Of a stretch of 64,000 nucleotides of DNA, positions 52,496 through 64,000 are shown one piece after another. The position numbers and the translations under genes were made by a program. Source of the DNA: Lama glama (taxonomy: Eukaryota); assembly GCA_028534125.1 (NCBI GenBank), contig CM052817.1, positions 97,962,001-98,026,000 on the forward strand, read 5' to 3'. Under the pieces are notes generated by a model. It did no database searches and was not told the DNA's origin. It saw only the letters and a list, made by a program, of their open reading frames with translations. Numbering within the stretch: the stretch's first letter is position 1; every line of letters starts with the position of its first letter.

Positions 52496-52530
52496 ACACA
52501 CACACACGCACACACACACACACACACACA
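52496..52530. repeat. (CA)n microsatellite
   Basis: Read directly, with one G interruption. Confidence 0.97.
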
Positions 52531-54419
52531 TATTGACCTAATGGACTCTGCATACAGTAGAGGCTTGCCTATTGGTCCAGCGGTCTCTGGAGGTGTGGGA
52601 ACTTCCTCTGTTCATCAATAAATATGCAGCAGTGATATTTGACAGGCACAGAAGCCTTTCTACCAGCTGCTGTATGTTTTGGCATCCACGCCGTGGAGCC
52701 AGGAGGGTATAGGAATCTTTTGGCTGCTTTATTTTCAGAGGTCATGTGTCAGTTTCCTATGTATATTTCATTAAATTTTTAGAATTGGCTACCTACACCC
52801 CCCTAAATGCCCAAAGATTAAAATAAAATTTTTCTTCTCTTAAAGCAGAAAATACTTTTGATATTTGTACAAGATTTTGTAATTTCGGTGATATTAGTAA
52901 TATTCATCAATCCATCCTCAATATCTCACAGAACGGATGCTAGTTCCACACAGGACTTTCACTGAATATTTTTATTTATTCTTTCAATTACTCCATCTGT
53001 TTGCATGAAAAGCATTCCTATCAGATCTTGATGGTTGTTTCCAGAATTCAGGAGGCAGAATATCACAACGTATAGAAGAACAGCGAAGGAACTGGAGAAT
53101 AATCACCACATTGGAAGTACTTCTCTTCCATAGCCCCCCATCCCTGTTTGTATCCAACAAAGAATAAAAACCTGAAGCGTGTTTGGATAAATACAGTTAG
53201 CAACCTAGCTGTTAAACAGGCACAATTTCTTTGAAACTTGTTAACAGTTGTCATTTAGTTGATAATTTCTGATGCTCAGCCCAGCCTTTAAATCTTCACA
53301 TTTGGATTTGGATTTGGCTTTTGAGTTCAAGTTAGATGTAGTGATGAATGTGAAATCAGAAAAAAATCCAGTTGGGAAACATGGATCCTTGGTTGGAGTC
53401 AGGGAAGAGAGGAAAAACTGAGTAGAAGTCAGAAAGGAAGGTGTGGGCAGATGGGCTCAGCTATAATATTAATGTTTCACTGCTTTTTTATTAATGACCA
53501 ATATTTATGCTGCAGCTAAAAATTTATATATAACACCTCTCCCTCAGGCTGAAGAACACTTTTGATTTACTTTCTCAGGAAGAAGGAAATTCCAGCTTTG
53601 CTAGTATATAGGTATATTGCACTTTTGTTCTCTTCAAATAAGCCAAGAAGTACAAATAAACAAATGCAAAAAATAAGACCTCCCTCTATAGAACCAAAAT
53701 GTGTTCTACATCTCATATTTTCCAATTTGTTTTATGATTCTGCCATTAAGTCAAGGCAATAAAAAAATAAATGGAGTAAATTAGCCTTTGCTTTAAGGTT
53801 AAAATCGTGCATGGGAAGTAGTATTTGAAACAACTAAACAGAAAACAATACATTTGTGCACAAAGGATGGTTTGAGAAACCTCAGAAATTGGTTCAACCT
53901 CTGCAAGAAAAACAAAAGTGTCTGTTGGTATTACACTCTATGAAAGAAGTAATATGAGTCAGTAAAAGGCGTTTCTACCACTTCTGAAACACCTGCTACG
54001 CAGACCACCGTCTGTCTTCTCGGAAGTCCTCAAAAATAGAAGGGGAGAAGAGGCTCCAGCTTTTTGTTTACTGATCTGTTTTACTGCCCCTGCGTTTCAG
54101 TGAAGTTACAGATTTTGAATCTATAAGCCCATTGCAAATTTATCAAAGGAGCAGCCTGGTAAGAGGGGAGTTCAACAGTGGCTGCGTAAAATCCCACCTG
54201 TCTTTTTACGCCTTCTGGGAGGAGAAGCCGCAGTACAAGTCTGCCCACCCCCGCCCCCTTCACAGCCCGACCACGCCAGTGGCGAGAAGCCCTGGTCTCA
54301 GGCCTTCCTGCACCCTGAGGACCTTCCTCGCCGTCTCATGTCGCGAGGAGCTTTGTTCGGCCGGCTTCAAATTGTTAGTAAAACACAGGAACGGCGGCTC
54401 ATTTCTGTGTTGTTTGCTC

Positions 54420-55201
54420 TGCCCCTCTTTTTTTTTTTTTTTTTTTTTTTCAGTCTTTTGTCCCTGATCCTCTTTCAGCCCTCACCCCTGGCCTTCACCT
54501 TTTTTTTCCATTTTTTCCCCTTACTCAGTTTTATTAGGTAGAACGATTACAGTTTGACTGCACACGTACATTATATTACATGTAAATACATATACACAAC
54601 ATACTGCACATTTTTTAAGTTCACATATATGTACTGATCATTGGTTCTAAGAACAAATTAGAGCTTTAGCTTTTTAAGCTTACATAGTTGTCAAAGGAAT
54701 AAAGCACATACATATTACTTATAACTTAGATGATTGATCTCTTGAATACGTGTAAGCACATTTGACTGTCCTGTATGATTGGATTACCGCATTCTGTTGA
54801 TTCTTATTTTGTGGTTGGCTTTATTCCTTCATCTTTCTTGATTGACAACTTTGCCTTCCTCTGTTGCCTTCTCTCCCCAAATACCTTGATTTCCCTCCAA
54901 CTTCGGAACTCAGGGTGGGGTGGGGTGGGGTGTGGAGGAGAAGCCCCAGGCCCAAGAGTCCATCTGCTCTCCTTCCTGTACCCCACGGGGGGGCAGGAGA
55001 GGAGGATACCGTCCCCAGCCCCCCAGCACCGAGGAAGAATGGGGCTGTTAGGGCCTGAGCTCTGACCCCACCCCTTCTCTCCACCCCCAGGACTGCGCCA
55101 CTTCTGGGTGGAGCAGCGAGCTCTAGCTCGGCTCACACTGAGAATGTAAGAACTACAAACGAAATTTCTATTAAATTAAGTTTTGTGTCTTAAAAAAAAA
55201 A
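54420..55201 (+). pseudogene. CALR: Calreticulin 3'UTR-only processed retrocopy, interrupted at 54503-54825
   Basis: Colinear with the mammalian CALR 3'UTR as I recall it: gcccc+poly-T...ttcagccctcacccctgg / tcatctttcttgat...ggagaagcc...catctgctctccttcctg...ccccccagcacYgaggaagaa...cccccaggactgNgccacttctgggtgg...ggctcacactgagaatgtaagaactacaaacRaaatttctattaaattaaRttttgtgtct. ATTAAA at 55170-55175 and poly(A) at 55192-55201. No CALR coding sequence seen. Confidence 0.9.
54503..54825 (-). pseudogene. Short antisense retrocopy of an unidentified mRNA 3' end, nested in the CALR retrocopy
   Basis: T-rich head at 54500-54516 (minus-strand poly(A)); tttatt at 54530-54535 (minus-strand AATAAA); AU-rich UTR-like body; TSD ccttcaccttt (54492-54502) / ccttcatcttt (54826-54836). 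Confidence 0.75.
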
Positions 55202-55661
55202 GTGTCCAAGGCCACACATTCAAGAAGACCAGAAACAAGGCTGCTGACCCCAAAGTTTGAGCTGGTTTCAAATTAAGTTGGCAAGGAGAAAATATGTGAA
55301 TGGCCTTTTGAAGGTCAAGTTCTCTCTGTTCATGGCGGAGTAATATGTTCAGAGCCAGAATAAGGAACTAGCACCTGGGCGCTTAAAATGTCACCAAGGC
55401 CACTGTAACATGACTGAAAATGCTGGGAGCTGTAGCAAATTGCATTTTCCAGAACTCCTCCTGGCGAGAACTGCAGATGGCTGGAAGAAATGCCACAATG
55501 GCTGCTTGCTTACCCTTGTGGCCCCAGCCAAGCAGGGGGCCTGAAATGCAGTAGGTGCTAAGTAACACTCATGAAAGAATGTTCATGAACCAGAAATGAT
55601 GGGGAGCGTGATCTATCAAGGGGGTTCAAGGAGGTAGCGATCACTTGATGGTCTCTAATAT

Positions 55662-55975
55662 TTCTTTCTTTTTTTTTTATGGAAATATAGTCAATTTACA
55701 AAGTTGTATTAATTTCTGGTACACAGCATAGTGATTCATTTACACATATATGTATTGCTTTTCATATTATTTTTAATTATAGGCTATTATAAGGTATTGA
55801 ATATAGTTCCCTGTGCTATACAGTAGGCTCTTGTTGTTTATTTTGTATATAGTAGTTGGTATCTGCAAATCCCAAACTCTCAATTTATTCTTCCACTCCC
55901 CCCTCTTCCCCTCTGGTAATCATAAGTTTGATTTCTATGTCTGCAAGTCTGTCTCTGTTTTGTAAATAAGTTCAC
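55662..55975 (-). mobile_element. Short L1 3' end (antisense)
   Basis: Poly-T plus atggaaatatagtcaatttaca...atatagttccctgtgctatacagtagg...tctgttttgtaaataagttcac; flanks tttctttct/tttcttct. Confidence 0.9.
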
Positions 55976-56958
55976 TTTCTTCTAAAATGCCTTCTAAAGA
56001 GACTTTGTTCTTCTTATGGAGGATGCAAGCTGCGACTCCCCCACCATTAGAAGAGAAATTGATTTCTGAACCAGTGCTGTTCTTGCCCTCTCAGTGTTCA
56101 GTCTGTCTGTGAATCTATCTTCCAGTCAAAGAATAGTGTGTGAAGGAGTGCGAAATTACGAGTTTTCCCTGAGTGCCCACCCACGTGTCTCAGCTTGGTC
56201 CTGAAAGTGACACTATGACTTCGAACTTGCTGGTCGGTATATTTTCTTGGAATTCTAGCCCTAGTCCTGTTAGTACATTCACCCTGGTGTCTGGACAAGA
56301 AGCACTGTTCAGGGTCATGACTCAGTGGCTCATTTTGTTCCTTTGAGACCCCTCCCCACTTTCCCCTTCCTGCAAAGAAAAAAAAATGCAGTCTTTCCAC
56401 TGAAATAATCAACAGAGGCTGGTTACATAAGGCAGCATGGAGGAAATTTTTCATTACATTTTATTAGAAATGAATTTAAAATTTACATTAACTGAGAGAT
56501 GAATTTATTTCTGGACATCAGATATGTTTAGCTTCGAGAGTAAAATGATCAAAAAGTGTGTGTATTTTAGACAGAGTACCCAGGTTTGTACAATTTTATT
56601 TAAATGCTTTAAAACAATTGGTACCCAGTAAGGCATCCAATTTGTTTTAACAAATTGTGAGTTACACACAAGATGACTGAGCTATTGCTCAGTGGGATTC
56701 TACATAACTCTGCCTCCTGCAGCCATTTTTGAAAATATTTGGCTACCAGGACATCAGCTGGGGTGTACCATCACCATGTCTAACAGACTATAGAAAATTT
56801 CTCTACAATAAGTGCAAAGGTTAGACTTAAACAATGGATGATCTTTTTAAAAAGAAAACTCCAATGCTTTAAAGAACATGGTTCTTTGGTTTGGAATGCT
56901 TCCCATGATAGAATCCTGAATAAAGTATCTTCTACTGCATAATCAGAAAACTATGATA

Positions 56959-57160
56959 CAGTCATATCTCATTTTATTGTGTTTCACTTTATCGATATTG
57001 CATTTTTTTTCACAAATTGAAGGTTTATGGTAACCCTGTATTGAGCAAACCCATTAACAGCGTTTTTTTCAGTAGCAGTTGTTCACTTGCTGTCTCTGTG
57101 TCACATTTTGGTAACTCTTGCAATATTTCAAATTTTTTCATTATTATTATATCTGCTATA
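56959..57160 (+). mobile_element. Tigger1-like DNA transposon terminal fragment
   Basis: Preceded by TA; cagtcatatctcattttattgtgtttcactttat...acaaattgaaggtttatggtaaccctg...tgtctctgtgtcacattttggtaactcttgcaatatttcaaattttttcattattattatatctg matches the Tigger1 end by recall. Confidence 0.85.
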
Positions 57161-57729
57161 ACTGGGAGAACACTCAGAGTTTTAAAGGAATCTCTAATTT
57201 GTTGTTTCCTGTTTCCCTTTGAGAGTCAAAGTTTCTTACCATTATCATTTTGGATTGAGAAAGATTGCAAAAAAGATTACTGATACCCAGCAATGCATGC
57301 AGATGGTTTCCCAGCTTTTCCTTCTCCATCCTACTCTCCAGCCCATAAGCAGGGTTAGTTTCAGGAAAATGCTTCTGCCAGAGAACTCTGATGGCAGCCC
57401 CTGAATGGACTACTCAGCCAGTCAGCTGTTTGCAGTTATCAACAGCAAATTCCCAGTGGCTCTTAAGAGGTGAGAGGAGTGCAGAGGCATTGGGATGGAC
57501 GCAACAGCTCAACTATGCTGCAGGTACAATGTGTCTCTTCTCTGCAGAAGCAATTTCTTGGTTTGTGACTCCTGATGCCCTTTCCTCCATGGTGCATAGT
57601 CTGGCGATCTGTTCTGTCAGCTCTTGAAGTTCAACTAGTTATTATCTATGAAACTCTATTAAGAAACATTAAAGCTCCTGATTATACACAATATATACTG
57701 TGTGCATCTAAGTTGAGAAAATAAAGCAG

Positions 57730-58100
57730 ATAAAAATCACAGTTGTCTATTACCTACAGTAATTACTCGTAACATTTTTACGTTAATCTATTTACAGTAA
57801 TTTTTCTATGTATAGAGGTAATTTTAAGGCATTATATACCCAAAACTTGCTAAAATGTGTGAATATTTTCTCATGTCATTTTTAATGTCTGTGTAATATT
57901 TCATCTTTCAAATGTATCCTATTTTTTAACTGACACATACTGTTGGGCATCTAGATAGGTTTTAATTTCATTTTATAAAAACCAATTCTGCTACAGACAT
58001 TTTAGGAAATCATTGAGTCGATATCCATAACACTTTTCTAAGGATAAATCCTGATAAGTAGATTTTTTAAATTGGCACTGCAATACTTGATCTTAGTATT
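57730..58100 (-). mobile_element. Ancient L1ME-type 3' fragment
   Basis: tactgttgggcatctagataggttttaattt...ttttctaaggataaatcctgataagtaga. Confidence 0.55.
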
Positions 58101-58116
58101 TTAATCATTTTGAGCT

Positions 58117-58469
58117 GTGTTACTCAGGATAGGCTAACTGCTCTAATAAACAACTTCAAACTCTCAGAGCCTTAACACAACAAAGATTTTTTGCTCACAT
58201 GGAGCTCATGAGGACGTCCCAGAGCAGTGTTTCTCCTTGATGGCTCTCCTCCAAGCAGCAGTCCTCAGTGGAGGGATCCAGGCTCCTTCCATTGTATGTT
58301 TCCACCATCAAGGAGTCAATGGAAGCCATCCTAAGATGACTCAGATGTTTTATGGTTATGTCTGAAACAGGGTACATCACTTGTGCCCACAGTGAATGCC
58401 TGTAACTCAGAGCCATAACTCAATGTACCCAGATCTTCTGTCTATAGATTGTGACTCAATTTATCTATC

Positions 58470-58500
<31 letters not shown>

Positions 58501-58585
58501 TGGGGCTGGTAGTGGTTGTAAAGAATACAGTCTTTCTCTGTGCCCAGGAGGAATATTAAATATTTTGGGGAAACACAGAATAGTT
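58117..58585 (-). mobile_element. MaLR LTR (older MLT1, J/K/L-like), antisense, containing (TG)13 at 58475-58500
   Basis: tgtgttactcaggataggctaactgctctaataaacaacttcaaactctcagagccttaacacaacaaag...ggatccaggctccttccattgt...catcacttgtgcccaca...ctctgtgcccaggagg. Confidence 0.8.
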
Positions 58586-60859
58586 TTGGTCCCAGTTTCA
58601 TTTTTTTTTAACTTGATTAGGATGTTCCCGTACCTTGAAGCAGTATTAGTTCACACCTGTTATCCTGGTATGCCTGTTAATAATACCTCTCTCCCTTTCA
58701 AAAGTATTCTGGTTTAAACGGTAAGTTTTGTGGTAACTCTAGCTATGACTCCATAATAAAGACCCTAAGGTTTCTTGAGTCTCTGTTTCTCAGATCCAGG
58801 TGTCCTTCTGCTTTCAAAACGATCCTCTGAGATCTTTATTGTCTTCCCAGCACTGACCAGATGGGTTTCTCTGAAGTAGGAAACTAAGAAGAGTTCCCAG
58901 ATAAAGGAGACCATTGCTGAGGCTTTCGTTTTTTCCCCGCAAAATAGAAGCAACACAAAGTTAGATTTTAGTTCAATGTAAAGAAGACATTTCTACAATT
59001 AACAGCATCTAAACAAACCACTTTAAAATGGTATTTCTAAGGTAGTAAGGCTCCTATCCTTGGAACAGTTGAAATGGCAGTGGGATTAACACTTACCAGT
59101 AAATTCTTGAATTGAGTTGAAGGTTAGAATAGATGCATTTAAGTATTCTCCTGACTCTGAGAGCTTCTCTGTTCTCTGATTTTAAATCACTCGGTCTGCT
59201 TGGAACAGGGCCATCTGGATCTTTTCAAGGAGACCCCCCCCATCGCTGTCAACTGCATGAATCTGACACAGTTTAAAGACAGCTATGATTTGGACTGGAT
59301 TGTAAGGTTCAACCAAAATTTTCTAAAATAGGTTAATCCTGGACCTATTTTCAATGTTTAAAAAAGTGGAATTTTTTCCTTCGCCTTAGGGGACTACCAC
59401 TAAGGAATCTAACACTGTATCTTTTCAGCTGACCCAATAAATGAGTGAATCTTCTTAAAGACAGTCTTTCTAAATGTACCATGTTCTCTACGATTCTGGT
59501 CATGTTTGCTGCTGCTGAAGGAATGGAAACTCTGTGACGAGTTACACTCATGTAATAGGACAGGTGATTTGTTAGCCCTGTTCTTTCTCCTTTGCATCCT
59601 CTTGCTAACTAAGACAACTGTTTTGCCTCTAAGGCCACATAAATGGTTTTCACTGTAAAATTAAGACCTAGAGATCAGACAGAAGGGGAGAGAGTGGGAC
59701 GGAAGAAAGGAGAGGGAGGGAGACATAGAGTTATTGAGGGGGAATACAGACAGAAATAGAAAATAAGACAAGGAAAAGAGAAAGGTGAAAAAATGATTAG
59801 GCAAAGTGATACAATTGTTTTGCTTTCAAATCACACATTGGTAGAATTACCTAGCGATGGAATAGTTAAAAATATGCTATAAAATATGCCTATTGTCAGA
59901 CAAATTAGAGAAGAATAGTATAATTTCAGAAAACAAAACTATCATTAGGGACACTGAGAAAGTGAATAGAGAATAAATTTCTGTTTTGACTTCACTCAGT
60001 ATGAAGAACAGTTTAAAATAGCATTTTCATATTTACGAATTTGAAAATATGCAGTCTGATATGCTTAAAAGTGTCAACTTTTTCTTCTATTCCAGTTTCT
60101 TTCCCTCTTTGAGGCACAGACTAAACCAAGACTCACCAACTTTAGCTTCCTGTTTAGTCCCTGCTTTAATGATGGAGTGCAAAGAACGGCTTCGTGGTAC
60201 CCACCAGCCTGCGTTGTCTTTTCTCCTCTCCTCTCTCTCTTACTCTTCTCTTTTTGAACTTCTCACACCTCAGGGACAATCACAACGAACTTGAACGGTT
60301 TCCCTCGACTGTTTCCCTTTTAGAATTTCCTTGTAAGTCACACTGTTCCACCACTACACCATCCACAAAACAAGTTCCAAATTATGTTAATCAAAACACA
60401 AGACTTCATCTTTGAACAAAGTGGATGAATACTGGAATTTTTAGGAATAATTTCAAATAAAAACAACTCCAAAGCCTCCATGGACTTTTTGAACGTGCAA
60501 TAACCTTGTGGAAGTGTGAGAAAGAAAAAAATCAAAAGGGAAATATCCTCTTGAACAATGACCAAAACAGCAAAGATGACCCAGTGTGGTCCTCTGAGCA
60601 TGAAGGAAAAGTATTAGGGAAATCCTCCTGCCAAGTATTTGTCAACTGACCCCATACCAATGTGTCTAACTTCACGTTATGTCATCTCTCACTGAGCTTT
60701 ACTGCCCAGAAGCAGGAGGCGGCTAGTTCCTCAAAGATCAGCCTCAGAGTGTCTCCCATCAACTCCATTTCCTTAGGATTGACATTTTTACATGAATACT
60801 TACTCATTCTTCTCCTGTCTTGATTTTTTCTCCTTTTTTTTTTTTGATTCATTTGCTTC

Positions 60860-62340
60860 CTAGGCCCCATGGTTTTAAAATCAGCTATAAGTTGTTGGCT
60901 GTCAGTTTTATATTTTCAGTCTCTATTTCAGCCCTCTACAGATGTTACTCCTCTGTCTTCTTTGCATTGTCTTTGACGAAAAATCGGGTGTCACTGTTAC
61001 ATTTGCTGTTCTGTAGGTAATACATCTTTTCTCTCCCGCTGTGTTTAAGACGTTTTCTTTAACTTCGGTTTTAAGCAACTTGATTACGATGTACACAGCT
61101 GTGGTTTTCTTCATGTTTCTTGTCCTTGGGGTTTGTCTCACGTACCAGATCTATGGATTCATAGTTTTCATCAAATTCGGGAAATTTTTGTCCATTATTT
61201 TTTCTAGTATTATTTCTATTTTACTATCTTTAGGGACTTCACTTAAAGGTAAATCAGACCACTTGACATCATTCCACAGCCCAATAATTCTGTTTTCCCT
61301 ATTTTGTATTCCTTTTTCTGTTTTGTTTTATTTTGCATAGTTTCTATTGCTATGGCTTCAGGTTCAGTAATCTTTCCTCTGTGACGTCACATCTGCCATT
61401 AATCTCATCCTGTGTAATTCTTATCTTTGACGTGGTAGTTTTTATCTCCAGAAGTTTTATTTGAGTCCTTTTTAATGTTCTGTGTCTCTATAACTTCTTG
61501 AACATATGGGATACAGTTAAAATAACTGCTTCAATGTATCTGTCTCATAATCCTAACATCTGTGTCTAGCTTAGTAGGTTTAGATTGATTGTTCTTTCTC
61601 CTCTTTATGGGTCACTGTAAATTTTAACTAGTTGGGTGCTGGATATATTTTACTTCTGTGAGTATTCTTGAGCTTTGCTCCGGGACACAGTTACTTGGAA
61701 CCAATTTGATCTTTTCGAAACCTGCTTTTAAGATTTGCTCGGTAAGACTGGACTAGTTCTCAGCCAAGGATTTATTAACCACCACTACTGAGGCAAGACC
61801 TTTCTGAGTAGTCTAACCATGGCTCATGAATCATGAGGGTTTTTCAATCTGGTTAGTGGAGGCACACACTAGTTTTGCCCTGGGTGAGTTTCAAGTACCC
61901 TTCAAGTGGTTCTTTCCTCAGCCTTGGATAGTTCCCTCACCTACATGACTGGTCTGTGCTTTGCTAAATACTGGAGAGGAATCCTATGTGTTTATCTGAG
62001 ATTCCCTCTCTATACAATTTTCTCCTCTTCAGGGTGCTGCCCTTGGAATTCTACCTCCTTGGTCTTCCAGGACTCTCAGCTACATCTCCGCGTCTCAGAG
62101 AGTCAGCCAGGTTCCACTTGGAGTCCCCCTCCCTGTGCCACCGCATGTAAACTCTATCAAGAAAGTAAGTCGGAGAGATCACATACCTCACCTCCTTGGA
62201 TTCTTGTCTCTCCGCTATTGCTGTCCTTCGTTGTCTGGTGTCATGTGTCTTAAAAACATATTTTTCCAATGTGTTTGATGATTTGGTTTAAAAGGTAAAC
62301 CCAGTCCCTGTTACTCTACCTTGCCTGGAATTATAAGCTC
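60860..62340 (-). mobile_element. Old L1M 5' region/ORF1 fragment (antisense)
   Basis: Minus-strand ORF 60923-61141 (KKTTAVYIVIKLLKTEVKENVLNTAGEKRCITYR...DFSSKTMQRRQ) resembles L1 ORF1p (TPRHIIIKLLKTKDKEKILKAAREK...ADFSSETMEARRQW). Upstream is L1M 5'UTR-like sequence. Confidence 0.85.
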
Positions 62341-62439
62341 TGTGTTTCCAATATTGACCTTTTTCTTACTCCAATTACTCACTCAAAGTTTGAATTTGAA
62401 TACCTAGCAAATATTCCAATGCACCGTGCATACAGATAA

Positions 62440-63700
62440 ACTCTTTATTCCTTGCAAAACTGCTTTTAAATTCTCCTCTGTGCTTTAGACATTCAAGCCA
62501 AATATTTAGAATCATCCTTCTTCGTTTCTCTTACACCTCCCACAGTCTAGCCATCATCAAATACCATTAACTCTACTTTGCAAATACATTCCAAATCTAA
62601 CTTTTTTTTTTACCTTAACTGACATCACTCTACTCTAAGACAACATCAGATTACTGTAATAACCCAGTGTCTGGCAGGGGTCTGGCAGGGATGAAAGACA
62701 ATACTCTCGAACTGATAAATTAGGAGAGAATTTAATACAGAGATAATTTTAAAGGTGAAGTCTGGGTTAGTTTCATAACTCAGAGCTAGTAATAATGGGG
62801 AGTGATTTCCACTCAATGACCTAAATGGACAAAGAGAGGAAGCAGGAACCAAAATTCGAGAAATCAGGGGCTACCTGACAGTAACTGTGGCCCTTGGCCC
62901 AGAGATGCGGCCAACCTTCAGCAACCTTGCAGATAGGAAGCTGAAGAATTAAATATATTGACCTCACTCTCTTTTAATTTTATCCTGGTGGCGACCACTG
63001 GCTGAACCCACATGGAAGCCAGAGGTCAAAGAAACTTTCCAATGCTACACAGAAAGGTCACGTTCTAGGGACCCAGGATGAAGACAGGTAGAGTGGCTCT
63101 GGAGCCCAGTCCCCTGGGTGGTCTCCTCTCTCCTGTGCAACCCCTCCTGTTTTCTGTTCAGAGCAGCCAGAGGGACCCTTTGAAAATATTAATCTGTTTA
63201 TGTCATTTCAGGGCTTGAAACGCTGAAGTAGCTTTCCCTGACACTTAGAATAAAATTTAAAATCCTTACTATGATCTAAAGTCCCTACATGATCTCATCC
63301 TTGGCTACTTTTCTAGTGCAATCTCTAATTACTCTGCCCATCTCTTATTCTGCTCCAGCCACAATGGTCTTCCTGCTTTTCCTTCACGCTCCAAGTTTCT
63401 TCCTGCTATGCGCTGGCTGTCCTCTCCAGCTGAAAGCTCTTTTACAGTCCTCATTGTATTGTCTTTGAGAGATCTTCTCAGATTCATGCACCTAAAATCG
63501 TAGCCTTTATTATGCCCTATCCCCTCATCCTTTTTGATTTTACGTTTCTTCATAGCAGTCATTTCCATCTGTTTATTATCTCCCTCTCGCATGAGAATAT
63601 AAGCTCCATGAAGGCAAGAGCTTTGGCTTAGTAGTTGGCTAGTTTCTGTGGCTAGAACAGAACCTGTCACGTTATAAGTGATAAATATAAATTGAACAAG
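62440..63700 (+). mobile_element. L2 3' portion split by an antisense ancient LTR (~62667-63105)
   Basis: L2 motifs: caagccaaatatttagaatcatcctt, gcagccagagggaccctttgaaaat, acacttagaataaaatttaaaatccttactatgatctaaagtccctacatgatct, agaatataagctccatgaaggcaagagc. The interruption has the LTR-type antisense motif ggagagaatttaatacagaga...cactggctgaacccacatggaagccagagg. Confidence 0.75.
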
Positions 63701-63834
63701 TAAGAGAATACCAGATAATTCTCTACCTCTTTTTCTAATCCAGAGAAATTTTGTTCGTGTTTCTTCCAAACACCAGATTTCACTGTACAACACTATAGTT
63801 CCCCCACTTCACTTCCCGAAACATTTACAGATAG

Positions 63835-64000
63835 TGTATTAGTTTGCTGGGGCTGCTGTAACAATATACCATAATCTAAGGGGCTCAAACAACAGAAATG
63901 TATTTTCTCACAGTTCTGGAGGCTAGAAGTCTGAGATGAGGTGTCATCAGGATTGGTTCTTTCTGAAGGCTATGAAGAAGAATCTGTTCCATGCCTCTGT
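63835..64000 (-). mobile_element. MaLR LTR (MLT1B/C-like), antisense, runs off the window
   Basis: tgtattagtttgctggggctgctgtaacaatatacca...aacaacagaaatgtattttctcacagttctggaggctagaagtctgagat. Confidence 0.9.

Noticed and set aside
54374..54380. Perfect branch point TACTAAC on the minus strand
   Set aside because: No pyrimidine tract lies between it and the next AG; a single 7-mer is expected by chance.
54132..55136. GC-rich ORFs (61-111 aa) over the CALR retrocopy region
   Set aside because: They are translations of 3'UTR-derived and low-complexity sequence, with no calreticulin protein similarity.
63329..63793. 154-aa ORF
   Set aside because: Antisense to an L2 3' fragment, with no protein-family signal.

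Overview
This is mammalian, AT-rich, repeat-dense non-coding DNA (intergenic or deep intronic). It is most likely camelid, judging by a Vic-type tRNA-derived SINE and the young L1 3' ends. I found no intact protein-coding gene, RNA gene or CRISPR array. The ORF track consists of decayed L1/ERV-L fragments, low-complexity sequence or N-gap artefacts. Contents: many L1, L2 and MIR fragments (some nested several layers deep), a decayed two-LTR ERV-L provirus (gag-pro-RT-IN-dUTPase remnants, ~29.5-34.6 kb), several MaLR/ERV LTRs, a Tigger1 end, microsatellites and a 500-N gap. Two structures stand out. (1) A composite retro-insertion at ~53.9-55.2 kb: a CALR 3'UTR retrocopy with a second antisense retrocopy nested inside it, apparently fused to ~500 bp of CpG-rich non-CALR sequence, all within one candidate 9-bp target-site duplication (TSD). 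(2) A 186-bp locally templated inverted duplication bracketed by (TTAA)4 on both sides at 16.9-17.1 kb. I see no convincing evidence of a new functional biological system. Family and gene names come from my recall of consensus sequences, not from database searches, and repeat boundaries are approximate unless TSDs are given.
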